The notes under the pieces: model-generated | Seen by the model: only the letters and a program-made list of their open reading frames with translations | Told to the model about the DNA's origin: nothing | The model's database searches: none | Part shown: positions 10,864-22,870 of the stretch, in pieces | How positions within the stretch are numbered: the stretch's first letter is position 1 | Layout of the letters: each line of letters begins with the position of its first letter | NCBI GenBank assembly: GCA_036867785.1 | Contig: CP145427.1 | Location: 682,001 to 722,821 of the forward strand | From: Plasmodiophora brassicae | Lineage: Eukaryota | Length of the DNA stretch: 40,821 nt | Direction: 5' to 3' | Position numbers and translations under genes: made by a program

Positions 10864-13031
10864 ATGCCCTGGAGTTATCGCCGCGTGCTGGCGATGGTCG
10901 TGGCTGTGCTGTCGGCGACGACGTCGACGTGTTCAGCGGTGACGTACTGCGCAAAGGCGAATGCCTGCGTTTGCGATTGGGTCGTTAACGCGTGCGACGG
11001 AACCGCCATGTGATGTGCCGCCCCCCGCACCGACGCCTCTTACGTCATTGCTGATATACACGCCGACATCGCACCAGATTTATACAAAGCGTGGCAATCG
11101 GTGGCCGGCTCAATGCGTCCTGGTTCGACGTGGCGTCTCCGCAGATGTACCGATCGCTGTCAGTCGGCGCCAGGCCCCCATCCGGTGCGGCCGTGCCACT
11201 GATCTGCGCCTCAGCACCCTGCAGACGTGCCGCATTTGCGGGATAGATGACAATGCCTTCTCGCCGCTTAGCGCGCTGACTTATATGTAACGAACAACGC
11301 GTCATCGACCGTCGTGTCGTCCAACGTCGGGTGGTTCAGTTACCTCGCGTACAACCAGATCTCGTCACCGCTGTCCAGCGCTACCTTTGCCGGCCTAACA
11401 AGGCTGGCACATTTGTACGTCGAAATGGTGCTGCCATGGGAAACCCTTGGCATCCTGATTGCCGTGCTGGTGCCTGCAGAAACCTCGGCGTTAACCAGAT
11501 CGCGTCTATATCGTCGAACGTGTTCACCAACGTCAACCAACTGACGTACCTGTTGGTCAGCGTGGTCGACGGCAGCGGTCTGCACTGACGTTTCTGAGTG
11601 GATTGCCCCTGGTAGGAACCTTGGGACGAATTCCATCACAATGATAACAAACGGGGCGTTCGACTCACTAACCGCGTTGAGAACATTATACCTAGACACC
11701 AACCAGCTGTCGGCCCTGCCCGACCATCTGCTCGATCGCTGCTCGCTGCTGAACGTCCTGTTAGACGTCGAAATATGTCCAACTCGTAAACCGACACCTG
11801 ATCAGCTAACGCGGCCCGTCTGCAGGGCGGTCCATGCTAACCCGTTTCTGATGCGCCTTCCCTACGACCTATTCCGCAATCTGACATCGGCCACAGAAGT
11901 GGGTCAGCCCGGGCAAGTCCATCCGGGATTGTGATTCCATTTCGGCACCACGATGTGCTGATTCGGTGCTTGTAGGGCGTCCCGACCGGCGACACAGATC
12001 GTCTGCTGGCCGGCACCGTCCCCGTCGTACCTTGCATTCCCATATAGCACCAACCTGTGCTCCCCAGGTCCTTGCTCGCACGCGTGTCTGGCCGCATGAT
12101 TTGCTGAACGTGGCGCGTGTCAGATGGCAGTGAGACGTTCGGAACCGCCCAGGCGGGCGGCTATCTATCGTTAACCTGCCCGGCATACAGCGTCATCTCA
12201 GACGTCGTGTTCGCGTCGTTTGGCACCCCGGTGGGCGTGTCCGGTCGGTACCAGCTAGGGAATTGCACGTCAAGCTCCAGCCTCGATGTTGTCAGGGCGT
12301 CCTGCCTGAAGCAGAAGAGATGCCTGCTGACGGCGTCGCTGGCCACGTTCGGATCCTACCTCTGCCCCTCCGCGTCGCCATCTTGGCTGTCGGTTGCTGT
12401 CAATTGCACAGCGAATCGTACAGCCGGAAAACGAACGTCAACTGGGAATCGCATCGTCAGGCGGCCAATCACGCTATCCACACGGCCGTCAAATACGATG
12501 TCGTCAGTACGGATAGGTGCAACGACAGCGTTAACGGTAGCAAACGTGCTATCGGCGACCCCGTCGTCGGTGGGGACGCCAAGGACGACACCGACCTCGT
12601 GGTCGTCGTCGACGGCCGCTTCCGCGCCCTCTCGATACCGTTCGACTACCTGTATGCCACGAAACTTCAGCGGCCAGACACCTGCCATGGACGACTCGTC
12701 GACCAGGGATGGCAGGGCCTCTGGTTCTAATTTCGGGTCGTACATCATACTAACAGTGTGTGTCGTCGCCCTGGGCATCATCGGTGCCGCTGCGCTGTGC
12801 CAATTGTGCCGCTCGAATGCCCAGCCACGTGTGGTCCAGCGAGCAGTGTCATCGACGTTGCCGACCAAGGCCAGGTTGTACACGGCTCCGCGCGATGTCC
12901 CGTTGTCAAGCATCCTAGGTCATCCGGGAACTCAACCGATCCTCTACGGCAACGAGGGCTCGGCACCTTCTTCCAGGGAAGTCCTATCGCGTACCCAACA
13001 CATACATCGGTGGCCAAGGTCCCTCTCATGA
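10864..13031 (+). CDS. LRR + SUEL-type (galactose/rhamnose-binding) lectin single-pass membrane protein, copy 1 (~7 LRRs, 9 exons)
   Basis: Signal peptide MPWSYRRVLAMVVAVLSA and Cys cap CAKANACVCDW. LRR exons 11078-11158, 11215-11286, 11340-11414, 11480-11551, 11616-11759, 11826-~11912. Last exon 12124-13031 has LTCP...ISDVVFASFGTP...C...C...C...CP...LSVAVNC, a Ser/Thr stalk, TM YIILTVCVVALGIIGAAAL and a short tail. Confidence 0.85.
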
Positions 13032-14095
13032 CCTGTTGACGTGCACAACGGCCGTCTGCCCGGCACGCAATTACGAGCAAGCAGGTCATTGAAGACGGAG
13101 GGCGAAACGGTGCCTCGGGCCATGGCCTCATGGACGTCGGCCCACAGCCAGGCCGGACGGCGCGCGCGGGCCTGTCCCTGCTAAAACGGGTGGTACCGCT
13201 GACCATTCCCACGGAATTTCGTTTGACCAGACCCTCGCCCTCGCGCGGCACCGGCAGAGAATCCCTCATCACACGCGGCGCTTTGCTGACCGAGCTCGAC
13301 CGGGACGTTGCTGCCCGCCGTTCGTCAATTCAGAGTCACGCCAGTTCGTCGATTCCGAATCGCCCCGGTTCGTTGACCGTCAACATTTCCGCTTTCGGTA
13401 CCGGAAGCGGAATCGCCTATGCAGGTTCGCCATTCTCAATTAGTCAAACAGCAAAAGGTGAACCAGCGTCGACTGTAAGCTGGACGGGTTCAGGATGGAC
13501 TTACGTACGAAGGGGAGCATTGTTAAGGAGCTGGAGATAATATTGGAATTCAATTACAATAAGTATAGGACCAAGGCGCAACGCAGATCTGATAATCGTC
13601 ACCAAACCTGGCACCGTCGGGCGTGGTTTTAGCATTGACCAGTGGAAACGTCACCGGTTACATCACCGACTTTTATATTCTTACTTGGCGGAATTTCAAC
13701 TCATTGAATATAGTAACGCTGCCGGACGGGTCGAGGTGGTTATATAGGACCGCGTGACCATGGCCCCCTGGACGAACGTGTCCGGCACAATATTACCCTC
13801 GTCTCGATCGTTTGTCCAGAAAAGCGTTTCCGTCAGTGTATTCCTCTCGTCATTCGAGGAGGCTGCGTTGTGGCATATTACAGCTCCCAGCGTCCCATCA
13901 TCGGGCCCCATTTACATCTATGGCCGGCGCCGTGATGTGATTACGAGCCTGATCTGGCGTTATGACGATAACAGACCTGCTGCCATGGATGACTGCACTA
14001 CTTACCCGTTGAGATTCGGTAGTACGGTAAACGATCGTTAATCAGAACCGCCTAATTGGATAGTGTCCCCCCATTGCGTAGGTCGAAAGCGGACA

Positions 14096-16751
14096 ATGAC
14101 CAGGAGCGCTCACTGGCTGGCCGTGGCCGTGGCAATGGCGCTGGTTACAACGTTGACGGAATCCAGTTGCACAGTGCGGAACTCCTGCATTTGCGACTGG
14201 GTTACTTCTTCATGCAGCGGAGACACAATGTGAGTCCAGGCTATATGTCACACAGTTTGTTGTTCATTCCTCCTCACGCATGGTGCATTGGTCAGATCCG
14301 TTGCCAATCAATTCATCGGTGGCAAGATCAACGCGACCTGGTTCGATCTGGACAACGCTCAGAATTACCACACGCTGTCAGTTAATTACATGCCGCATCG
14401 ACTGAATAGTATTAATGCATCGACCCGACGGCAGCACGCTGCAGAACTGTGGCATCACAGGAATCGCCGATAACGCGTTTACGCACCTCGGTTCATTAAC
14501 ATCCCTGTAGCTGACTCAGTTGCAGTTTCCGCTGACGAAATCAAGTGTCTAAGCGCACGTTTTTCGCGCTCAGATGCCTTTTAAATAACCAGATCTCGAC
14601 TCCGCTCTCTACGGCAACTCTTGCCGGTATATCCATGGTGTCATACATGTACGTCGTTTGGAATACGCTGGTCACTGGGTACTGAAGCTGAAGGACACTG
14701 GTCGTCCCAGTGACCTTGGCCGAAATCAAATCACTTCAGTAGCGTCGAACGCATTCAAAGTCTCCAGCCAACTGACTTACCTGTTGCCTCCATTGTTCCG
14801 AGTACTGCCCTCACTTTCTGATTAGAGTCCGAAACTCCCTGTAGGAGCCTTGGATCGAATGCCATCGCGGTGATCGAAGATGGAGCGTTCAACGGCCTGA
14901 GCATGCTGTCCAACTTGTAAGTCTGAAGTTCGAGAATACGTCTTACAGTAAGCACTCGTTGTACTAATGCATATGCATACCTTGCACAGGGACATCAGCA
15001 ACAACTACATTTCCTCGATATCATCGACCGTCTTCGCGAATCTAACGCAACTGATTCACTTGTACCCTAAAGTGCCTACCGATTTCGATGTCAACTGAAG
15101 TCGTATGTGGGCTACAGGAACCTTGCGGTAAATTCCATCACGACGATGCAGGACGGAGCCTACAATGCCTTATCACGGTTGACTTCTTTGTACGCCGAAA
15201 GAGCGTTGTGCCCGGACACGCTGTGATTGTGACATATTGGCCGACCTTTCCAGGGACTTTGGTGTTAATCGCATAACGTCCATATCATCCACCGTCTTTG
15301 CAAATCTCAGCAAACTGAATTTCCTGTGTGTTACTCACATGAACGTACCGCCTCAGAAATCCCACTGAGAACGAATGGCCTTATAGAAATATCGGGACAA
15401 ATGCCGTCACAAAGATTCAAGGCGGAGCGTTTAACTTCCTGACGTCGGTAACAACAATGTACATAGACACCAACCAACTATCATCCCTCCCGGACCAATT
15501 GCTCGATAACTGCATGTCGCTGAGCATCTTGTGAGAGTGTTCACGCCCTGTATACACGAGTTCCTTCTTTTGACCGGTTGCTTCAGGGGCTTCCATGCCA
15601 ATCCGATGTTAATGAGACTCCCCTACGGCATATTCCGCAACCTGACATTGTTGTCCAATATTTGGTTCGCTCGAATGGCGGCTCCAAAACGACATTATAT
15701 ATAACGTGATTCATGGCAGGACGTACAAGCCACCTACTCAGATTGTATGTTGGCCAGCACCTCCGCCATCGCAACTTCTTATACAAGGTTACAGCAGCAA
15801 CCTGTGTGCCCCAGGTAAATTTGCTGATGGCCGTTTATAATATTGTGCATTAGCGCGCTCACGTATGTTACAGATGGCAGTGCGACATATGGAACCGCTG
15901 TTTCGAATGGATATCTAGCGTTATCCTGCCCTGCCAAAAGCTTCATTTCTGGCGTCACGTTCGCGTCGTTTGGGACTCCAGTTGGCGTGTCCGGGCGCTA
16001 CCAATTGGGGACATGCGCGTTTAACAGCACGGTTGCTGCTGTTTCCAGCGCCTGCATCAAACATCAAAGCTGCCTATTAATGGCATCAACGACAGCGTTC
16101 GGACCCAATCAGTGCCCTAGCACACCACAATCGTCCTTATCGCTCTCCGTTGCTGTGAATTGCACCTCGAATGCTACTACCAAAAGAACAGCAGCAGCCC
16201 GGAACACTTTCAACCTCCGTACTGTGCCGTCACACAAATCCTCCGTCAGCTACGGCCAAAGACAGCTGAAGGTCCTTTCAACACAGGGAAGGACATTACT
16301 GACAACGCTGAGAACAACTGTGTCGGCGCCGCGGGCAACTACCCGGCACTCACAGCGAGGGACAGTACTGGCAACGTTGAGGCCAACTGTGCCGACGCCA
16401 CTGTCGACCACCCGGCACTTGACTGGAAGCCGTTCTGACGAGATGCAGAGTGGCACCCAAGACATATCCGGGACCGCAACTGGACGCTCGAACATTTCCG
16501 GCCCGTTTATCCTAATAGCGTGCACAGTGACTGTGAGCATCGTCGGCATTGCGTCTCTCATACAGTTATGGCGGCTCAAGCAGCAACCGGACTCTTCTGG
16601 TGCTGCCCAGCGTCAAGCACCTTCCAGTGTAATGTTGCCAACGTCAGCGAAGTTGTTTTCGTCTCCGGGCCAAGCTCGAGCATCCAACACCGAATTTCCG
16701 TCCGGGACTGCCTCCGTATATTCGTACTTCTATCCTTCGAATCGACGATGA
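14096..16751 (+). CDS. LRR + SUEL-type lectin single-pass membrane protein, copy 2 (~11 LRRs, 13 exons)
   Basis: Signal peptide MTRSAHWLAVAVAMALVTT and cap CTVRNSCICDW. Exons 14096-14229, 14296-14376, 14435-14506, 14574-14648, 14711-14782, 14845-14916, 14990-15061, 15118-15189, 15254-15325, 15387-15530, 15587-15664, 15720-15814, 15874-16751 all join in frame through GT-AG introns. Contains FASFGTP lectin domain, Thr-rich stalk and TM FILIACTVTVSIVGIASLI. Confidence 0.9.
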
Positions 16752-16886
16752 CAAGAACTATCATATCAGGCGAACGGCAGCATGGAGTGCATTACAATTC
16801 GAGATAGACCCCAAGAATGAGGCTGTACTGCCATAAACATTGTTACATAAAACGCCCCAAACTTCGCCATATAATATCATGATGCA

Positions 16887-18445
16887 TTATACCATGCCAT
16901 GGTTAGCGAGCTTGTTTGACAACAATATAGAGTGAACGCTGCTAAATACTTTGGCGACGTTGTCCTTGTCGATGGCTGTTGTGAAATAGAAGTGGACAAC
17001 ACGAGGCTGTAGAGACATTGCCTGAAAAACGCGTTCCGCCGTGTTCTTGTACTGGGCCATCATATACTGACAAGCCGATTCGTACGAACCGTCTCCCTCA
17101 TAGTCCACTGCATAGTGTTTGAATGGCACGACTTCTAGTTTTTCCCTAAACTGGTCTATACGTCGTAATCTCAGGTCCAATCCAAATCCATATTGGCTGC
17201 GCTCATACCGCATTTGTTGAAGAATACGACGATCCTGCAGAATATCGGGAATTAATCCAAGGAGTCAATTGCAAACGTACTCCCGTACCCTGCTTTAACG
17301 AGCAATGGTGCAGAGCACACCTCTTCGAATACCCTGAGCGACTCGGCCATTCGAGGGGATCGGTTATCCTATCACACAGTAGAATTATTATGAATATTCA
17401 TCAACCATAATTCATACCGAACTCCACACACACCTCAGAGCAGAGTTGATTGTACTCCGATAATGCAACCACGTACATAATCGCCGTCGCACTGGAGAAC
17501 TGGCTAATCCATTTTCTTCGTTCGCTAATTGACCTCCGATATCAGGGCCTGGACAACGGTGTAATTACGCCAGACGAACCTTCTTTGACCGCCAACGTCA
17601 ACGATACGGATGACTGTGAGACACTGAATGATTTTCCTGCAATCACAAACCATGCAATACGTCATGATTACCTGAACCATTCATTGTTATACGCTGGTCC
17701 TGGATCCCTGTCGTTCTGTTTCGCAAACGGACAATATCCGTCTCCGTTGGCAGCCATGACGGCTTGGCAATCGTTGCGATCTTATCCAGAAAGTGTTGCG
17801 CATGTGATCCCAAATGGAACTCATTTCGGTACTTGTAAACCTGCGCACATATCTTAGTTTGGAACCACAGCTTACGAGTTCCAAACTACCTGCTGAATGG
17901 CAGGGTCCGTCCAGAGCGTGTAAACGGTGTTCGCAATCTCGTCGGTGACGACGCTTGGTTTGCTACCGAAGAGCCATTGCGAAACGAAGTACTTGGCCTC
18001 TTCCGTGCTGGGGTGCATGGGCAATACCGGCTCCTTGATTTTGCTGACGACCGATACGTCGGACGCGGCGGTCACGAGCCGGCACACGTCGTTGATGATC
18101 ATGGTATGCACCGAATCCCGAAACTGTACCAGCTCTGGCAGTTCGAACTGGACACCGTGCAGCAGGCGGAGCTGCTTGTAAAATGTGCTCTACCGTCAAC
18201 ACGACGCATTATTAACAGGCGTTCAGTCGCACAGCTCCTGCCAGGACACACCTTGCCCGACTCCCCAATTCCTAATGCCAATGTCACTCTGCATGCCATG
18301 GGACTGTACCAGCAATATATTGTATACCAAGGAATAGCGCGACAGGCATCTTCGCTGCCGCCAGGCGTTCGACGCGCAACTGCCTGTCGATTAGGTCGGT
18401 GCATTCGTCAACATCGGGCGCCACCGTCCCTGCGCAGCATGACAT
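16887..18445 (-). CDS. Heterotrimeric G-protein alpha subunit, multi-exon
   Basis: Spliced motifs: G1 LFLGIGESGKSTFYKQ, switch I DIVRLRNRTTGI, G3 IVDVGGQRSERRKW, G4 VFFNKCD, G5 FTTAIDKDNV. ATG 18445 (MSCCAG), TAA 16887. Confidence 0.93.
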
Positions 18446-19098
18446 AGGCGTCCACGTTACCGTAGTTCGTCGTCACTTAGGGTCGCCCTGTTAGGTACCA
18501 GTAGGTACAGAGGTACTCAACACGCCTTAAGTGCACCTAACAGGTGTACGTCCGCAGAGCTGACCATTACCTCATCAATTATATATCGACCAATGTTTGA
18601 ATCAGAGAGCTTTTTTGAATGGGACAACATGGTTCAGGGCCTGCTCTAAGCCCCAGCATGTCTTGGACGAACGCGAAGACGATGATATGGGTGTTAGGCG
18701 ACCGCGACCTCGTTAGCTGTTCAACCGCAACGGCTAGCAGCTCGTCATCAGCATTCTATCTTCCAGAGAAGGCCACAATTTGAAAGCCCCACGTCTCGCT
18801 TGCTGACGAATTACCGGCCGTGAAACGCGATTGATGCCTTTCATTCTCGGGCCGCTTCTGGTTCGTGAGATACGCGGGATGCAGAAGCGCTGCTAGGAGT
18901 ACAGCCTCATTGGAGTAGTGAGCGTATGCCAAAGTTTCTTCTACTGGTCAGAAACGTATAGTAACACTGTCTCCACCGTATACTACAGGACGAGTGACAG
19001 ACTGAAAGTAACAAGGATTTGATAATGCCATGAAATACGAGGTTTACATTGACCTTTTGCCAATCGAGAAGTGGAAGTCAGGGACGCGGTTTACGTTG

Positions 19099-22000
19099 TT
19101 ATTGGGCGGCAGCGCCAGATGATGCCGCCGAGCCCGCGCCGCTGTTGTTGTGTTCCGCATCCCTAAACCGGGCAGCATGCCTCCTGGATTCCTCCAGCTG
19201 CACGAGGTCGCCGCCGTCCATCGGTACGTTGATGCTGACATGGTAGGCGACGTTGCCGATGAGCTGCAGGTGCGGTCTCCGTCTGGATGCGCGCGGAGGT
19301 GCGGACGCACCCAGGGGCCACCCGACGAACGCGACGAAATCCACGGAGACGAACCCGCCTGTGCCCTCCGCCTTTGACGACGGGTTCAGCGTCAGCGTCA
19401 GGAACCGCCCCGTGTGTTCTTTGGGCAGGATGATCTCGACGAACCGATGCGGGCGCAGGTCGATGGCGAACACTGGCGCGCGATCCACGTTCTGCTGCTG
19501 CTGCTGCTGGTGGTGGTGGTGATGGCTGTGCTGCTGCTGGTGCTGCGGCTGTTGGGATTCGCTGTTGGCGCCGCGCTTGTCCTCGTCCTGCAGCAGGGCG
19601 TGGGCACGCAGGTCGCCGAACCCAGCCGGTTTCAGGTCGTGCAGGATGGGCTCCTCGGTGAGGTATAGGGCCATGGCGGCCACGTCCGTCCTCAGCTGCC
19701 GGGACTGATCCCCGACCGCCACAATGACGTGCGTCACCGCGAACCGTTCCCGTTCCGGACCGAGCACGAACTCGCAGTGCACGTTGACGTCGTACCCCTT
19801 GCAACTCCGACCCTGCGGCAGGCGCGCCTCCGTCATGTTCGCCAACGGGAACAACGCGCTGGACAGGTTCGGGCGCGGGCCCGCACCTCGGCAGGCATTC
19901 AGCGACAGGCGCAGGCGCTCCAGGCCAAAGTCCTCGGTGAACAGGATTCGTTGCACTAGGCGAGCGTTCTCCGACCCGATCGCTGCCGCCTAAGAATTGC
20001 AAGGTTGGCTAAACGACGGCACTATCGTATGCGAGATGGCAAACGCTACCTTCTGTTCCATCAGGCGCAGGGCCTGCTTGGTCTCGTCGTCGGTGGCGCG
20101 AATGTCGCCGCCTTTCAGGATGGACCAGGAGCGATGCCGGAACGAATCGGGTGCGGCGGCGGCGATGGTCTCTGACGTGACAGACGCGGCCCGCGTCAGG
20201 ACGGCCGACTGCTTCTTCTGGATCAGCTTGCGTTGGTTCGGCGACGACGACGTCGTGATCTGGGCGGCAGCGACGGCCACTGCGGATACGAGCTCGCACG
20301 AAGACGCGTCCTTGGTGCCGGAGGCAGGCCCACCGGTCTGCGTCGCGGGCTTGTCCCGGCCTACAGGCAGCACCGGGAACGAACTCTGTCGCGTTATACT
20401 ACGCCGGGCCGGCATCAGGGCGGGTCGTTCCAGATCCATGCCCCGATGCCGCGGCGACAGGTTATCGCCATTCTTCTCGTCCGAGTCCGATATCGTCGTC
20501 ATTGGCGGGGGCCGGTCGTCGCGGGCGAGTTTGGCGCGCTGCAGGATCGACGTGCGCACGTCCTTTAGCGCGGCGGCGGGCTCGGACCCGCTGGACCCAG
20601 GTGTCGTCAGAGGCGACATTCCCCGATACGTCTCGACGATCTCGTCGACGACCGTGGTCAGCGCCATGCACAGGTCCAAGGCGTCGACGGCCAGGTCGGT
20701 GTCGGCGTGCTCCACCAGATGGTACGCCAGGATGCGGTCGATGCTCTGCGCCGACAGGCGCCGCGCGTACGACAACCGCCACGAGAACGGCAGGTCGACC
20801 TGGACCGCGAATGTCGTCAGCAGTTGCATGGCGCGAACCTGGCCAACCACGAATGGATCAAGTCAGTCGCACGGCGTTACAGACAAGTGCGCCGCAGTCT
20901 TGTGCCGCGGCGCCAACGGACCGACCTGTATGGATTCGGCGATCAGCGGCGCCTGCGGGTGGTCCGGGTCGACGAGCCGGATCAGGTTGCTGATGGCGAC
21001 GCCGTCGTCGCTGGACAGGGCGTCCATGCGAGGCCCGGGGTCGAGCCGGGCGATCATCTCGAGCACCGACAGGCAGATCGTCGGCGTCATCATGTCCAGG
21101 TCGGTCAGCTTGGCGAGCTGCCCGCCGAAATGGTATAACGAGGCGGCGAACGCGTTGCCGAACCGGGCGGTGCCCGTGTCGAGCACGATCCAGAGCTTAT
21201 GGGACAGCTGGCGGTACACGGACACGCGCGACAGGGCCGACGTCGATTCATCGTTGCGGAACCGGGTCGGCGCGGCGAACATGGCCTCGAACACGTCCCG
21301 CTGCAGGACGCGAATGAGGGCGGGCGGCGGCGTGATCTCGTCGTCGCCAGCTTTCAGGTTGCGCATCAGGTCCTGCGGGTCGGAATACTGCACGATGTGC
21401 AGGACGACCTGGAACCCGGCCATGACGGACGCGACGTCCGCCGACGACAGCATGTCGACGATATACGTGGGCGACATCGCGCGGGCGAATATGCGAACGC
21501 ACCCATACTTGAACGCGTCCGTCTGCGGCGACCGGGTGGTGGCGTCCATGTCCGCGCCCATCATCACCTAGCGATCGCATTGTCAGAGGGGCGGGCCAAC
21601 GAGGCGTGGATCGCCGGGTGGACGTACGTTCAGCGCCGGGCGTCTGATGCTGGCGGGCGACGTCGGCGGCAGTGGCGCTGGACGATCGGCGTTCGTCGTG
21701 TGGCACCATGACCAGGAGCAGAGCGCTGACCGGCGCCGTTTCGCTTCATCGGCCAGCAGCGCCGCTGTCGGTTCCACATCCCTGCAACAGGCAGTGGACG
21801 TCAGCGAATCCACCCCGCACGTCCCGACGCGACGCCCTCGGTACCCGATCTGGCAGAACTCGTCGAGGCCGAATTCCAACTCGAAGATCTGCCGGATGCT
21901 GAACGTGGCGGTACCGACGAGGTCGCCCAGCGCGTCGTCCCAGATCTCGACGCGCAGGTTGCCGTTCATGACATCGTCGAGGTCGAGCGGGACGCTGAAC

Positions 22001-22814
22001 AGGGGCGGCGGTGGGCCGAATTGCTGATCCAGCGATCGGCGTTTCCCGCCGCCCGTGGCCTCACTGGGTGGCCCTGGGGACGCCGCGTCGGAGTCAGCCG
22101 GCGGTGCCGCCTCCCCGTCCATCGGCGACGTGATCGCCTGCGCCAGCGACGCCTCATGGGCGATCCTCGGGTCCTCCATTGCGAACACGGGCGACAGTGT
22201 CCCGCAGACGACCTGTGCGGCAGTATTAGGGCGCGCGCCGTGCACAGAGAACGCTCGCCATGCAAGCGTCAGGGCGCCGCTATACCGGCGTCTTAAACTC
22301 GAGCATCTTCGTGGGCGGCGGCGGTGGTGATGACGCCGATGATGGTGCCGCACCCGGCACGGGCTCCACGTCGCCGGGAGACGGCGTCGCACTGATGGGC
22401 GGCGAAGCGGGCGCGTCGGCCGGGCGGCCGTGGGGCGGTGTCGGGTCGCGAACAACAATCAGACGACAGTAGACGTTCCGGGTCTTCGGGCGCCGCTGGA
22501 AGATCGACACGGGCCGCGGCGGGACAATGTCGTTGATGGAGATCTCGCGTACGCGCAACTCGGCATACGGCATGACGATGACGACGATGCTGACGGGGGT
22601 CGTCTCCTGCTACCGGGCGCACGGCAGCAATCGCATCAACAGGGGCCGCCGAACCTGGCGACGACCCTCTCAGATGACGATGACGGCTGGGCGGATGCAG
22701 GGACGCCACACCGAATTCCGCACGCGATGGGAGATCGGATCGACTGTACCACCGCGGGTGAGCCCGGAATCTTCGTACCCACCTACCCGCGGGATATTCG
22801 ACAAACAGACGCAT
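19099..22814 (-). CDS. Large multi-exon protein with N-terminal C2-like domain, helical middle region and C-terminal domain containing a polyQ/H tract
   Basis: C2-like strands ELRVREISINDI, NVYCRLIV, FKTPV..GTLSPVF and NLRVEIWDDALGDLVGTATFSI. ORFs 20863-21567, 19990-20850 and 19099-19956 can be joined by short GT-AG introns (MEQK|AAAIGSENARLVQRILF). The start and 5' exons are uncertain. Confidence 0.65.
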
Positions 22815-22870
22815 GGAGAGCGTTGATGACTGACTAGCACGCGGGGAATCGCGTATGTATCGCGGTGCGA

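Noticed and set aside
13130-14041. Short ORFs between the two receptor genes
   Set aside because: No recognisable motif and no consistent splice model could be built.
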